A DNA stretch of 64,000 nucleotides, from positions 32,001 through 96,000 of IMG/VR virus record IMGVR_UViG_3300027969_002800; one strand, given 5' to 3'. Numbering within the stretch: position 1 is the first letter of the stretch; each line of letters begins with the position of its first letter. Under the pieces are notes generated by a model that worked only from the letters and a program-made list of their open reading frames with translations, had not been told where the DNA came from and searched no databases. Positions 10,749-20,355 of this stretch are shown piece after piece. The position numbers were made by a program, and so were the translations under genes. Origin of the DNA: a virus.

Positions 10749-13043
10749 ATGAATCAATTTTGCGAAGCTATTCCATGCCCTGTTATACTAAATGCTACTT
10801 GCGTATTCTACGAAGGAGCTAGTTTAGTATGTTCAGGAATCAACACTAATGATACCCTTGAAACTGTCATAGTTAAATTAAATCAAAAACTATGTAATGT
10901 TAGTGGAACATCTGGTACAAGCGGCACTAGTGGGACCAGTGGTACAACTGGTACATCAGGAAGTAGTGGATCTTCTGGCACTAGTGGTTCAAGTGGAACA
11001 TCTGCAACTAGTGGTACCACAGGTACTAGCGGAACTTCAGGGAGCTCAGGATCAACAGGTGATAGATATAAAACATCTTCTACAACAGATTTCACATTAG
11101 GATATGCAGGAACGCTCACCGTTGATACTGGATTAGCATATACAACAGGACAATCTATTATAATAGTTCATGATATTAATAACTATCAAGAATGTGTTAC
11201 TATTTCTTATGATACACTTACAGGTATATTAATATTTGATACACCAAATTTAACTATAGGTGGAGGAGCTTTTACATCATGGACTGTAAATCTTGATGGT
11301 GCTACAGGTGGTGATGGTTCTTCAGGCACATCGGGTACCACTGGTACATCTGGTACATCTGGCTCAACAGGTACAAATGGTACAAGTGGAACTACAGGAA
11401 CATCAGGTAGTACAGGCTCTAATGGTACATCTGGAACTACAGGTTCAAACGGAACAAGTGGCACAACTGGTACTTCTGGTAGTACAGGCACATCTGGTAC
11501 TAGTGGAAGTAATGGAAGCAATGGAACATCGGGCACCACAGGAACATCTGGTTCTAATGGATCTAATGGTACGTCAGGAATAAATGGTGTGAGTGGTACA
11601 TCTGGATCTAATGGAAGTAGCGGAACATCAGGATATGATGGAATAAATGGTACAAGCGGTACCACTGGAACTAGTGGTACAACTGGATCTAATGGAACTA
11701 GTGGTAACACTGGAAGTAGTGGAACTTCTGGTACGACAGGTACTAGTGGTTCATCATCAACTTCTGGTACATCAGGAACTACAGGAACTAGTGGTACTAG
11801 TGGAGTTAATGGTATATCATCAGGACAGGTTTATTATTTTAATGAATCTATCACTCAAACACCATATAAAGAATTTTCACCTATATCAACAAGTGGAATT
11901 CAACAAACTATAAGTGCTACTATTGCAAGTGGTATAACATCAACTATTCAATCATATTTAACACCTTCAACTTATCCAAATATTGCAGTAATACCATTAG
12001 GTGTATGGTCATTCTACTTACACGCATATAAACAAAACAGTAATGCAAGTTTTGATATATTCTGTGAAGTTTATAAAAGAACAACAGGAGGAGTTGAAAC
12101 TTTATTATTTTCAACTGACCCAGCACCTGTAACATCAAATTCACCAAATCCATCAATGATATTATCTGATGGGTTTCAGGGAGGATTTTCAATAAATACA
12201 ACAGATAGAATATTAATTAAAGTTAGAGCAACTAATACATCAAATCAATCACATACAATTACCTTTGTTACTGAAGGAACAACTCATTATTCTTTTGCTC
12301 AAACAACATTAGGTGTAGTTAATAGTTCATCTGGTACTAGTGGATCTTCAGGAACTTCTGGTGGAACTGGTTCGAGTGGAAGTGCTGGAACATCAGGTAC
12401 TAGTGGTAATACAGGATTACCTGGAACAAGTGGGACTTCAGGGAGTAATGGAAGCAACGGAACAAGTGGATTACTAGGATCATTAGCTGTTATAGGAAGT
12501 AGTTCTAACTCAAGTGGAGCTTCATTATCAGGAAATATATTAACTCTACAACCTGCTTCTGCTTTATTTGGAGGTGTTGTTACAACGGGTACACAAACAT
12601 TTGCAGGAGTTAAAACTTTTAGCTCTTCACCATTTGCTCCAACACCAACAATTGGATTAAATGATACTACATTAGCCACTACAGCTTTTGTTAATGCCAG
12701 TATTCCTGGAAATATAGTATATAATATATTAATTACTTCAACAGCAAACATAACTACACAGACAACTGGAACTTCTGGAGGATTATCTTATTTACAAAAC
12801 GGTAGGAATGTAATGATTAATAATAGTGCAACAGCAATTACTGTAGATACAACATCTGCAGTTACAGATTTTATTGCCAGTTATACTAAAGTAGGTACCG
12901 CAAATATAACATTTATTGGTACAGGGATAACATTTGTTAATGCAATTAATGGAGTTGTATTAAGTGGTCTTCCTGGGAGTACTGCTTTATTAGTAAAAAA
13001 TGCATCTAACGTATATTTATCAATTAATAACTTAGAAACATAA
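10749..13043 (+). CDS. Fibre/decoration protein with collagen-like Gly-Ser/Thr triplet repeats
   Basis: Three long G-T-S/G-S-S/G-T-T/G-S-N tracts. The TQTFAGVKTF and APTPT..NDTTLATTAFV motifs are typical of tail fibres. Cys-rich N-terminus. Confidence 0.7.
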   Translation: MNQFCEAIPCPVILNATCVFYEGASLVCSGINTNDTLETVIVKLNQKLCNVSGTSGTSGTSGTSGTTGTSGSSGSSGTSGSSGTSATSGTTGTSGTSGSSGSTGDRYKTSSTTDFTLGYAGTLTVDTGLAYTTGQSIIIVHDINNYQECVTISYDTLTGILIFDTPNLTIGGGAFTSWTVNLDGATGGDGSSGTSGTTGTSGTSGSTGTNGTSGTTGTSGSTGSNGTSGTTGSNGTSGTTGTSGSTGTSGTSGSNGSNGTSGTTGTSGSNGSNGTSGINGVSGTSGSNGSSGTSGYDGINGTSGTTGTSGTTGSNGTSGNTGSSGTSGTTGTSGSSSTSGTSGTTGTSGTSGVNGISSGQVYYFNESITQTPYKEFSPISTSGIQQTISATIASGITSTIQSYLTPSTYPNIAVIPLGVWSFYLHAYKQNSNASFDIFCEVYKRTTGGVETLLFSTDPAPVTSNSPNPSMILSDGFQGGFSINTTDRILIKVRATNTSNQSHTITFVTEGTTHYSFAQTTLGVVNSSSGTSGSSGTSGGTGSSGSAGTSGTSGNTGLPGTSGTSGSNGSNGTSGLLGSLAVIGSSSNSSGASLSGNILTLQPASALFGGVVTTGTQTFAGVKTFSSSPFAPTPTIGLNDTTLATTAFVNASIPGNIVYNILITSTANITTQTTGTSGGLSYLQNGRNVMINNSATAITVDTTSAVTDFIASYTKVGTANITFIGTGITFVNAINGVVLSGLPGSTALLVKNASNVYLSINNLET
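10903..12480 (+). repeat. Coding Gly-X-Y (Ser/Thr/Asn) low-complexity repeats
   Basis: Repeated ggtacatct/ggaactagt-type 9-mers in three tracts (about 10903-11060, 11305-11815 and 12325-12480). Confidence 0.85.
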
Positions 13044-15148
13044 TGAATCCAGCTATTTATTATTTATCAGGAGTGGAGGCTTATCCAGATTATATTCCAA
13101 CTGAAGTTTTTATTGGTGGACAGATATGGGATCAAAAAAACTTAAATACAGCTAGATATAGAGATGGAACTCCAATACCAACATCAACTGCATGGGTTGG
13201 AGCCACAACTGGTATATGGAGATATTATTCTAACCTGCGTACTAATGGTCCAATTTATGGAAGACTGTACAATTGGTATGCAGCTATGGGAATATGGGAT
13301 GCGGCATCATTAACAGATCCTTTATTAAGAAAAAATATAGCACCAACAGGATGGAGAGTAGCCACAGAAGCTGATTGGGCACAGTTAGCAAGTTATGTAA
13401 CATCTTTAACACCAACTGGTACTGTTGGTAATAAATTAAGAGAGATTGGTACATCATATTGGACATTTTTTAGTGGAGCATCGGGCACAGATCTGGTTTC
13501 GTTTAAAGCAAGGGGGTCAGGGCAAAAAGCTGCAAATGGAACTTTTAGTTCATTAACTCTAGGAGCAGCTTGGTGGACAGCAACTACATCAAATACAATT
13601 GCTAGATATATTGATTATAATAACACCGCATTACTTACGTCAACTGGGGTAAGTGCTAATGTAGGCTGGTCAATTAGATTAATCAAAGAAGATATTATAA
13701 TACCTGGATTTGACACAACAGCAGCAAGCAATATAGCTGTAACATCTGTAACTAGTGGAGCTACATTCTCAGATTTGCCATCAACACCAAGTTTATCTGA
13801 TAAGGGTATATGCTACGGAACTGAAAGTTTACCTAATGTAGTAACTAATTCTTTTATTTCTGCTGGTAGTGGTACCACACCAAATCCTTATATTATAGAT
13901 ATAACAGGGTTGACACCAAATGTAACTTATTATATCAGGGCTTATGCAACGCTAGCAGATGGTAGTGGGGTTGCATACTCTACTACTGTAGTTTCATTTA
14001 CAACACCAGATGGATTCCCAACAGTTACTACAGATGCTATTAGTGACAATACTACAGGTAGCACTGCAACAAGTGGGGGTAATGTAACAAGTGATGGGGG
14101 ATTTACATTATTCGCAAGAGGTGTATGTTGGAGTACTTCAGTTAATCCAACAATAGCAAATTCAAAAACTGTTGATGGTTCAACTACAGGAGCATTTACA
14201 AGCAGTATTACAGGTCTATCACCAGACATTGCTTATAATGTTAGAGCTTATGCAACTAATTTTGATGGGACAACATATAGAACAGCTTACGGAGCTAATG
14301 TTGCGTTTAGTACACCTTCTTTAACAGTATTGCTATACGCATACTCAATTAGAAGAGTTGTACCAGGATATACTGGACCACTAATAAGGGTTAGAAATGG
14401 GTCCTTAGCTGGATCTCCTCAGTTTGATATTCCACAAGATGGTAGCGGTAATTTAGATACTACATATTTAATATCTGTAATTAGTTTAGCAAACGTAGGG
14501 TATGTAACTACGTTTTATGATCAAACAGGTAGTGGTAAAAATATGATAACAGGAACTTCTGCTGGTAGAGAACCTATAATAGTTAATACAGGGAAAGTAT
14601 TAGTAACTAAAACAGGTCCAGATGGTATAACAGTAAGACCAGCTACTAGATGGGGACTTAATTTTTGCAACATGGCTATTACAGGTGTGTCTATTCAAGC
14701 AAATTATTCTTCAATATTTATTGTTTGTTCTAATAACACAAGTTCACTTACTCAACGTGGTATTAGCTTTGGAAGTAACTTTGTTACTAACTTTACAATT
14801 TTCCCTTATGTAGTTAGTGGGGTTTCTGACAGATTATTCTATAACAATGCAAGTAGAATAACCATGGGTACTACGTCTACTGCAAGCAAAATATATAGTA
14901 TGTTAGCTAAACCAACAGGGGTACAAGCTTGGAAAAATAATGTACAAATTGGGGGAGAAGTACTCATAACAAATCCATCAAATACTGCAACATCTGTTAT
15001 TATAGGTGCAAATATAAATACTGGTACTGAATTATTTAATGGTACAATACAAGAGATATTATTTTACGTAGGAGATTTATATCCAACTGGACCTACTAGT
15101 AGATCATCAATAACAGCAGACGCAATGACTTATTACGGAATAACATAA
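13043..15148 (+). CDS. FISUMP-domain + FN3-like + C-terminal lectin/LamG-like virion protein
   Basis: IGGQIWDQKNL..YGRLYNWYAA..APTGWRVATEADW matches the Fibrobacter major paralogous domain. Two FN3-like repeats end in TGLTPNVTYYIRAYATL and TGLSPDIAYNVRAYATN. C-terminal AYSIRRV..YDQTG..GTIQEILFY domain. Confidence 0.7.
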   Translation: MNPAIYYLSGVEAYPDYIPTEVFIGGQIWDQKNLNTARYRDGTPIPTSTAWVGATTGIWRYYSNLRTNGPIYGRLYNWYAAMGIWDAASLTDPLLRKNIAPTGWRVATEADWAQLASYVTSLTPTGTVGNKLREIGTSYWTFFSGASGTDLVSFKARGSGQKAANGTFSSLTLGAAWWTATTSNTIARYIDYNNTALLTSTGVSANVGWSIRLIKEDIIIPGFDTTAASNIAVTSVTSGATFSDLPSTPSLSDKGICYGTESLPNVVTNSFISAGSGTTPNPYIIDITGLTPNVTYYIRAYATLADGSGVAYSTTVVSFTTPDGFPTVTTDAISDNTTGSTATSGGNVTSDGGFTLFARGVCWSTSVNPTIANSKTVDGSTTGAFTSSITGLSPDIAYNVRAYATNFDGTTYRTAYGANVAFSTPSLTVLLYAYSIRRVVPGYTGPLIRVRNGSLAGSPQFDIPQDGSGNLDTTYLISVISLANVGYVTTFYDQTGSGKNMITGTSAGREPIIVNTGKVLVTKTGPDGITVRPATRWGLNFCNMAITGVSIQANYSSIFIVCSNNTSSLTQRGISFGSNFVTNFTIFPYVVSGVSDRLFYNNASRITMGTTSTASKIYSMLAKPTGVQAWKNNVQIGGEVLITNPSNTATSVIIGANINTGTELFNGTIQEILFYVGDLYPTGPTSRSSITADAMTYYGIT

Positions 15149-15157
15149 CATATATAT

Positions 15158-15517
15158 ATGATAACAATTAACACAAACAAAGAAATCGAAATACGTAATA
15201 TTACTTATGAAGTAATAGGAAGTAAAATAATTAGTCTATCAATTCAGAAGATTGAACAGGACAGAAATGGTGTAACAGCTACTGGATTTTATTATTATAC
15301 TGATGATGAAGGTATGGTGGTAAAGCTAAAGGATAACAGGACATATATGACCTGGGATCAGATAGCTGAAGTTGAGTTTAATAGCATGCCACCAATGACG
15401 GATGTAAACTACAAAGAAGCAAACTTCGAGAGATTGCGTGAGTTTACAATACTTAAGTTGACTCAGGAGTCTGGACAGAACTTTGGTATTAACATTGAGG
15501 ACTGGGATTTGTCATGA
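15158..15517 (+). CDS. Hypothetical protein (possible fibre-associated)
   Basis: 119-aa ORF in operon order after the fibre genes. Confidence 0.5.
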   Translation: MITINTNKEIEIRNITYEVIGSKIISLSIQKIEQDRNGVTATGFYYYTDDEGMVVKLKDNRTYMTWDQIAEVEFNSMPPMTDVNYKEANFERLREFTILKLTQESGQNFGINIEDWDLS

Positions 15518-15831
15518 TACTGTTTATACTAGCATATATACTTTACTTACCACTGAGTTTAGTCAACTGGTTATTTGTTAAGAACAAGTCTGGGTACTTT
15601 AAGAGCAGTGCTATTAACTTAGACAAGTTTGGAAATAGAGAGTTTAGAACTTTATTTAATAAGGTACTTGTTACTGGATATAAGTTTGGTAATATAAATG
15701 AAACTATATCCTCAGTGCTAGGTAAGAATCAATTGACAAACACCCTTACAAAAGGTGGTAAGATATTAGTTTGGATTTTAGATAAGATAGATAATAATCA
15801 CGTATTAAAATCAATAGATAAAAAATTATGA
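15514..15831 (+). CDS. Hypothetical phage membrane protein
   Basis: N-terminal hydrophobic helix; FGN.NETISSVLGKN motif common in phage ORFs; overlaps the previous stop. Confidence 0.55.
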   Translation: MILFILAYILYLPLSLVNWLFVKNKSGYFKSSAINLDKFGNREFRTLFNKVLVTGYKFGNINETISSVLGKNQLTNTLTKGGKILVWILDKIDNNHVLKSIDKKL

Positions 15832-15917
15832 CAAATCAAGACAAAAACTGGATCTTATTTTGGGTGTATGTTATTATAACAGCAACATCCGTTCTTTATT
15901 TAACTAATCAATTGTAA
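15828..15917 (+). CDS. Small membrane peptide (29 aa, MTNQDKNWILFWVYVIITATSVLYLTNQL)
   Basis: ATGA overlap with the previous stop; single hydrophobic stretch; not in the ORF track. Confidence 0.35.
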   Translation: MTNQDKNWILFWVYVIITATSVLYLTNQL

Positions 15918-15922
15918 ACCCT

Positions 15923-18013
15923 CTATATGAGGGTTTTTATTTCTGCTATTACCATCTCTGGAGTTATACTAGTCTGACATTCAAACTGTCTTTCTGTACC
16001 TTTATGGACAGGGCACCAATTCCAATCTCCTTTATCAAACTTATACTCTGCTTTATTCCAACATCCATGACATACATTTGTATTAACTGGTCTATGGCAT
16101 GAAAACTCATGATCTTTATCAGTGAAGTTAGATATCATAATCACTTCCTTATCAAGAGCCCAAGCTAACCAGCTTAAACCTGATGATAATCCTATAAAGA
16201 ATTTACTATCATTTATAACTTGTATAGTGTTTTCTATAGATTTATCATCTAATGGCATACAATGTTTAAAAGGATTATTTTCTAATGATACATTGATAAC
16301 ATTATATCCTACTGTATGTAAATAGTCTATTATAGATTGCCAGTTTTCTCTAGTCCAAAACTTACATCCAGCTGTACTATTAGTTGCTATACACACATAC
16401 CTACCTACTCTATAAGATTCATAATGTGTTATTCTAGGTCTAATTTCTATATACTCAAGACCTAAAATGTTTGTAGCTGTTTTCTGGAGAGGAATTGTAT
16501 TAGGAAGAACAGGTTCTTTATTATCATTATAGAACCAACCAAGTTTATACATTGCATACAGATCATTAACTACAGTGCCTGGTTCTACAAACTCAAGCTC
16601 TGTATAAACGTCAAGTATTTTGTTCCAAAAACTTGACACAATCACATGGCAATTGTGCTTCTTTTTAAACTCAAGAGCATAAGGTATCCAAGCTAATGTA
16701 TCTCCCAATGAAGAACTATCAAAAGCAATATACACTCTCTTATCTGTTAGATCTATTATCTTATTGTACACTTCTACACCATCCTTGTACACTATAGTTT
16801 GCCACATAGTGAAGTATTCTCTACTAAGTCTTATCCAATGGTTGCACTTTATTGTATCATAATGAACTAATAATTGTGTTTCAAAATCATGAAACTCTAC
16901 ATCAAATGTGCTATCACTGGTTCCTGTTATCTCAAGGAATGGTTGTCCAACAAAATTTTGTATGATATTATAATCATTTACAGGCTTTTTGTTTGGAATA
17001 ACGGACATTGCTTTCTCATATAATGATATGTGATGTTTAGCAAAATCATCAGTTGTATTATTAAATGGTGTGTCATATGTCCAACCATAGTTTAATATTG
17101 TTTCTAATTGAGTCTTTGGATCTTCATTAATTTTTGTTATATACCTAACAAACATATCCTTATATTGAGGAAGATTTCTAGCAAGGATAGGTAAGCCATA
17201 ACTAATAGCTTCTCTAAGTACAAGAGGATTACATTCCCATGTGCTGTTAAACATAAATGCATCTGCAGCTTTCATAAATCTATCTATGTCATCTCTTTCT
17301 CCCCATACAGTAACATTATCAGGAAGATTTTTCATTAGTGGTTTCCAATAGTCTTCAAAGTTCCCAGCTTGATTGCCTACAAAGTGAAACTCTACATATG
17401 GTAGAGATCTAGCTATCTCAATTCCCTCTCCTTGATTCTTTCCTTTGGTCCATAGTCCTACATTAACTACATGCTTTTTTCTACTATCCATTCCTAGATA
17501 TGCTTTACTAAACAGTTTGTCTTTTGGAGAAACAATCTGTTTGTCTATAGGGAACTCAATCACTTGTTTGTAACCATCTACATTAGCAAATGTATCTAAG
17601 TGATAGGGAGTACAGAAAGCATATGCATCAGGTGTAAATATCTTCTCATTAGGATTGAAAGAAACATCATGACAAGTCTCAACTATTCTATATTTCCTAT
17701 CAGGAGAGTAAAGTCTTCTTATCATCTTAGGATCTAGTCTTTCAGACATCTCATCTATGTGTATGATGTCTGGCTTAAACTCTTCTACAGCCTTAAAGAT
17801 TCTCATCTTATCTTCGTTCAGTGTATATAAGCCTGTAAGCTTTATAATTTCATCTCTCTGTACAACATAATCTTTGCTGTAACATTGATATTCCACCACT
17901 TGAATTGATACATTTGGCAGAGTTTGCAATGCTTGTATTCTCTTAAGAAGGAATGCTGGCATACCACCTGTTGAAGTGTGAGGAGCAAGGAATAGAATTT
18001 TTAGTTTAGACAT
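15923..18013 (-). CDS. Two-domain glycosyltransferase: GT4-like N-terminus + autotransporter O-heptosyltransferase (TibC/Aah-like) C-terminus
   Basis: N-terminal APHTSTGG..KNQ..ECNPLVLREA (GT4). C-terminal SSLGDTLAWIPY, FFIGLSSGLSWLAWA and the Cys cluster CHGCWN..WCPVH..FECQTSIT resemble the TibC/Aah iron-finger. Confidence 0.8.
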   Translation of the reverse strand: MSKLKILFLAPHTSTGGMPAFLLKRIQALQTLPNVSIQVVEYQCYSKDYVVQRDEIIKLTGLYTLNEDKMRIFKAVEEFKPDIIHIDEMSERLDPKMIRRLYSPDRKYRIVETCHDVSFNPNEKIFTPDAYAFCTPYHLDTFANVDGYKQVIEFPIDKQIVSPKDKLFSKAYLGMDSRKKHVVNVGLWTKGKNQGEGIEIARSLPYVEFHFVGNQAGNFEDYWKPLMKNLPDNVTVWGERDDIDRFMKAADAFMFNSTWECNPLVLREAISYGLPILARNLPQYKDMFVRYITKINEDPKTQLETILNYGWTYDTPFNNTTDDFAKHHISLYEKAMSVIPNKKPVNDYNIIQNFVGQPFLEITGTSDSTFDVEFHDFETQLLVHYDTIKCNHWIRLSREYFTMWQTIVYKDGVEVYNKIIDLTDKRVYIAFDSSSLGDTLAWIPYALEFKKKHNCHVIVSSFWNKILDVYTELEFVEPGTVVNDLYAMYKLGWFYNDNKEPVLPNTIPLQKTATNILGLEYIEIRPRITHYESYRVGRYVCIATNSTAGCKFWTRENWQSIIDYLHTVGYNVINVSLENNPFKHCMPLDDKSIENTIQVINDSKFFIGLSSGLSWLAWALDKEVIMISNFTDKDHEFSCHRPVNTNVCHGCWNKAEYKFDKGDWNWCPVHKGTERQFECQTSITPEMVIAEIKTLI

Positions 18014-18037
18014 TGTTTAGACATTAGTTTAGACATT
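18004..18037. repeat. Triple tandem copy of the glycosyltransferase start (GTTTAGACATT x3)
   Basis: Copies at 18004-18014, 18015-18025 and 18027-18037. Confidence 0.85.
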
Positions 18038-18050
18038 CGACTTTTAAAAA

Positions 18051-18058
18051 CAAAGATA
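18051..18058 (-). promoter_or_regulatory. Bacteroidota-type -7 promoter box (TATCTTTG)
   Basis: Matches TAnnTTTG just upstream of the glycosyltransferase. Confidence 0.6.
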
Positions 18059-18222
18059 TAAAAATATATTTAGTTTATGCTATATTATGAAGGAAATCTC
18101 CTCAGACCATTTTATTATATGGAATATATGATTTACATTTGTTATAAAATGTCATAATTATTATTTGCATACAATTACCTCTTCGAATTGTATATATGTT
18201 ATAACAATCCCGCCACTTTATT

Positions 18223-18546
18223 ATGGAAAAACTAGTTGAAAAACAAATAGAAAAAGAATTAAAAAGCATGGACCAACGCCTATATGATCTAGAGGAGAAG
18301 ATGACTTCTATAGATACAAAACTAACACAAGTTGTAGACGCAATATTAGGAAACGCATTAACAAAGACAGGGGGATTTGTTGCTGATATAACAGAGCTTA
18401 AAGCTAAAATAAAAACACTAGAAGCTAAACTGGAAAAACAAGAGAGCTTTAAGAATAAAGTGTTATGGACAGTAGGTGTAGTAGTGGCTATTGGTGTTAT
18501 ATTACAATACATAGCAAGTATATATTATAATCTAAAGCGAGCATGA
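18223..18546 (+). CDS. Coiled-coil protein with C-terminal TM helix (holin/lysis-associated)
   Basis: Heptad-rich N-terminus, VLWTVGVVVAIGVILQY TM segment; first gene of the lysis cluster. Confidence 0.5.
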   Translation: MEKLVEKQIEKELKSMDQRLYDLEEKMTSIDTKLTQVVDAILGNALTKTGGFVADITELKAKIKTLEAKLEKQESFKNKVLWTVGVVVAIGVILQYIASIYYNLKRA

Positions 18547-19154
18547 GTTTTATAAAAAAGAATTATATATTTTTGATTATAGCAATCTTAGTTTCTATAA
18601 TCTTATTACAGAGATGTGGAGCTGATAAACCTATTAAGCCTGTACCACCAACTGTAAAGATAGACACTGTGTGGGTTAAACACGACAGTGTAATATATTC
18701 TAAGCCTAAGATAGTAACAGTTATTAAAGGAGTTCCTCAGATACAATATGTACCAGATACATCTTATGCAAAGCTTGTTGTACAATACAAAAGTTTAGTT
18801 GATCTGTGTACAGCAAAGAATGTATACTCAGATACATTGAAAATAGATTCTATTGGATATATAAATGTTTTAGATACAATTTCAAAAAACAGAATACAAG
18901 GAAGAAGATTCAAGTATAACTTAAAATATCCAGTGGTCACTAAGACAATCACACTTCAAGCACCTCCTAAAACACAAGTGTATATAGGTGGAGGATTACA
19001 AGGAAACCAGTACAACATAGTAAATCAGTTTAATGCAGGATTATTGCTTAAGACTAAGAAAGATAAAATCTATGGGGTGTATACAGGTATAGATACAGAT
19101 GGTAGAATACAATATGGCTTACAAAGCTATTGGAAGATAAAATTAGGCAAGTGA
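18543..19154 (+). CDS. Membrane-anchored/lipoprotein, putative spanin-like lysis protein
   Basis: N-terminal hydrophobic segment ending LLQRC; DTVW..DS repeats typical of Bacteroidota-phage lysis lipoproteins. Confidence 0.5.
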   Translation: MSFIKKNYIFLIIAILVSIILLQRCGADKPIKPVPPTVKIDTVWVKHDSVIYSKPKIVTVIKGVPQIQYVPDTSYAKLVVQYKSLVDLCTAKNVYSDTLKIDSIGYINVLDTISKNRIQGRRFKYNLKYPVVTKTITLQAPPKTQVYIGGGLQGNQYNIVNQFNAGLLLKTKKDKIYGVYTGIDTDGRIQYGLQSYWKIKLGK

Positions 19155-19417
19155 CAATAAGACTATTTAAATACATAGAACCATTATGGTTAGGGACCAA
19201 CAGTAAGATATCTATACGCAAGATCTTATCGTTGGCTTTTTCTATTGATTTAATAAAGAACATATCATATACAATACATAGTTGGGAAACAGGTAAATCA
19301 TATTCTGATGTAGCTATGTTATTAGGACTAGAAGCTGCTCTTATAGCTGCTCTCCTATCACTCACCACATATTCAACTATGGTGGCAAATAAAAAATCAA
19401 ACACAGAAATAGACTAA
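19130..19417 (+). CDS. Putative holin
   Basis: Small, two hydrophobic segments, immediately upstream of the endolysin. Confidence 0.5.
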   Translation: MEDKIRQVTIRLFKYIEPLWLGTNSKISIRKILSLAFSIDLIKNISYTIHSWETGKSYSDVAMLLGLEAALIAALLSLTTYSTMVANKKSNTEID

Positions 19418-19836
19418 TGGTAACAAGTGCACAAGCTTTAAAGAAATACGGAGATCCAACTAAAGAATCTGGTATGACATTATGGGATGTACCAAAAGAA
19501 TTAGAAATAGGCGTTCTACCTAAGAGATTATATTGTAACAAAGATATGATCCTACCACTAACCAAAGCTTTTAAAAATCTTATATCTACAGGATGTGTTA
19601 AAGAATTAAAAACTTGGGATGGTTGTTTCAATATAAGAAAGAAAAGAGGACTCACATCAATGTCTTTACATTCATGGGGAATTGCTATTGATGTGAACGC
19701 TGCATGGAATGGATTAAATAAAGAGCCACAATTGAGTAAAGAGTTTGTGAACTGTTTTACAACAGCAGGATTTGAATGGGGAGGAACCTGGACTGGTAGG
19801 GTCGATGGTATGCACTTTCAATTAAGTAAAATATAA
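19417..19836 (+). CDS. Endolysin, M15 family peptidase
   Basis: SLHSWGIAIDVN and WGGTW...DGMHFQ zinc-peptidase motifs. Confidence 0.88.
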   Translation: MVTSAQALKKYGDPTKESGMTLWDVPKELEIGVLPKRLYCNKDMILPLTKAFKNLISTGCVKELKTWDGCFNIRKKRGLTSMSLHSWGIAIDVNAAWNGLNKEPQLSKEFVNCFTTAGFEWGGTWTGRVDGMHFQLSKI

Positions 19837-19839
19837 TAT

Positions 19840-20355
19840 ATGTGGAAAGATATTAAAGATTACGAAGGTTTATACTGGATAAATGAACTAGGTGAAGTTA
19901 AAAATAGATTTAATAAGATTAAGAAAACTGTAACATCTTTATATTGTAAGTATCCATCTATAATATTGGAAAAAAATAATGTAAAGAAAATATTTATGGT
20001 TCATAGATTAGTTGCAATTTATTTTATAGATAATCCTAATAATAAATCACAAGTAAATCATATTGATAAAGATAAATCTAATTACAAAAAAGATAATCTG
20101 GAATGGGTAACCCCAAAAGAAAATATGGAACATCATTATAAGAATGGCGGTGTTAAGAGAAATAATCAAACTTATAAGAATAAATTTGGTTCAGAGCATA
20201 ACAGAAGTATTAAAATAGAGAGTAATGGAATTGTGTACGAAGGTATATCAGATGCAAGTAGAAAATTAGGAATACCAATTTCAACTATTCATTATTCTTT
20301 AAGTAATAACAAATTAATGCGAAATGGAATGCATTTCCAATTGAAATCTATATAA
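19840..20355 (+). CDS. NUMOD4-HNH homing endonuclease
   Basis: MWKDIKDYEGLYWINELGEVK (NUMOD4); VHRLVA..VNHIDKDKSN..NLEWVT (HNH_3). Confidence 0.9.
   Translation: MWKDIKDYEGLYWINELGEVKNRFNKIKKTVTSLYCKYPSIILEKNNVKKIFMVHRLVAIYFIDNPNNKSQVNHIDKDKSNYKKDNLEWVTPKENMEHHYKNGGVKRNNQTYKNKFGSEHNRSIKIESNGIVYEGISDASRKLGIPISTIHYSLSNNKLMRNGMHFQLKSI

Noticed and set aside
10903-12480. Possible CRISPR array or DNA-level tandem repeat
   Set aside because: The repeats are synonymous-variable 9-mers within a reading frame, with no repeat-spacer structure and no cas genes.
10883-12751. Antisense and alternate-frame ORFs with VPLVP/VVQ repeats over the fibre gene
   Set aside because: Shadows of the Gly-Ser/Thr repeat codons; no independent coding signal.
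13043-15148. Diversity-generating retroelement target
   Set aside because: No reverse transcriptase and no template/variable repeat pair seen in the window.
18102-18512. 136-aa minus-strand ORF
   Set aside because: Antisense to the better-supported 18223-18546 gene and its promoter region.
19840-20355. Group I intron in the endolysin
   Set aside because: No room for, and no sequence of, a ribozyme core; the endolysin is complete before the HNH gene.
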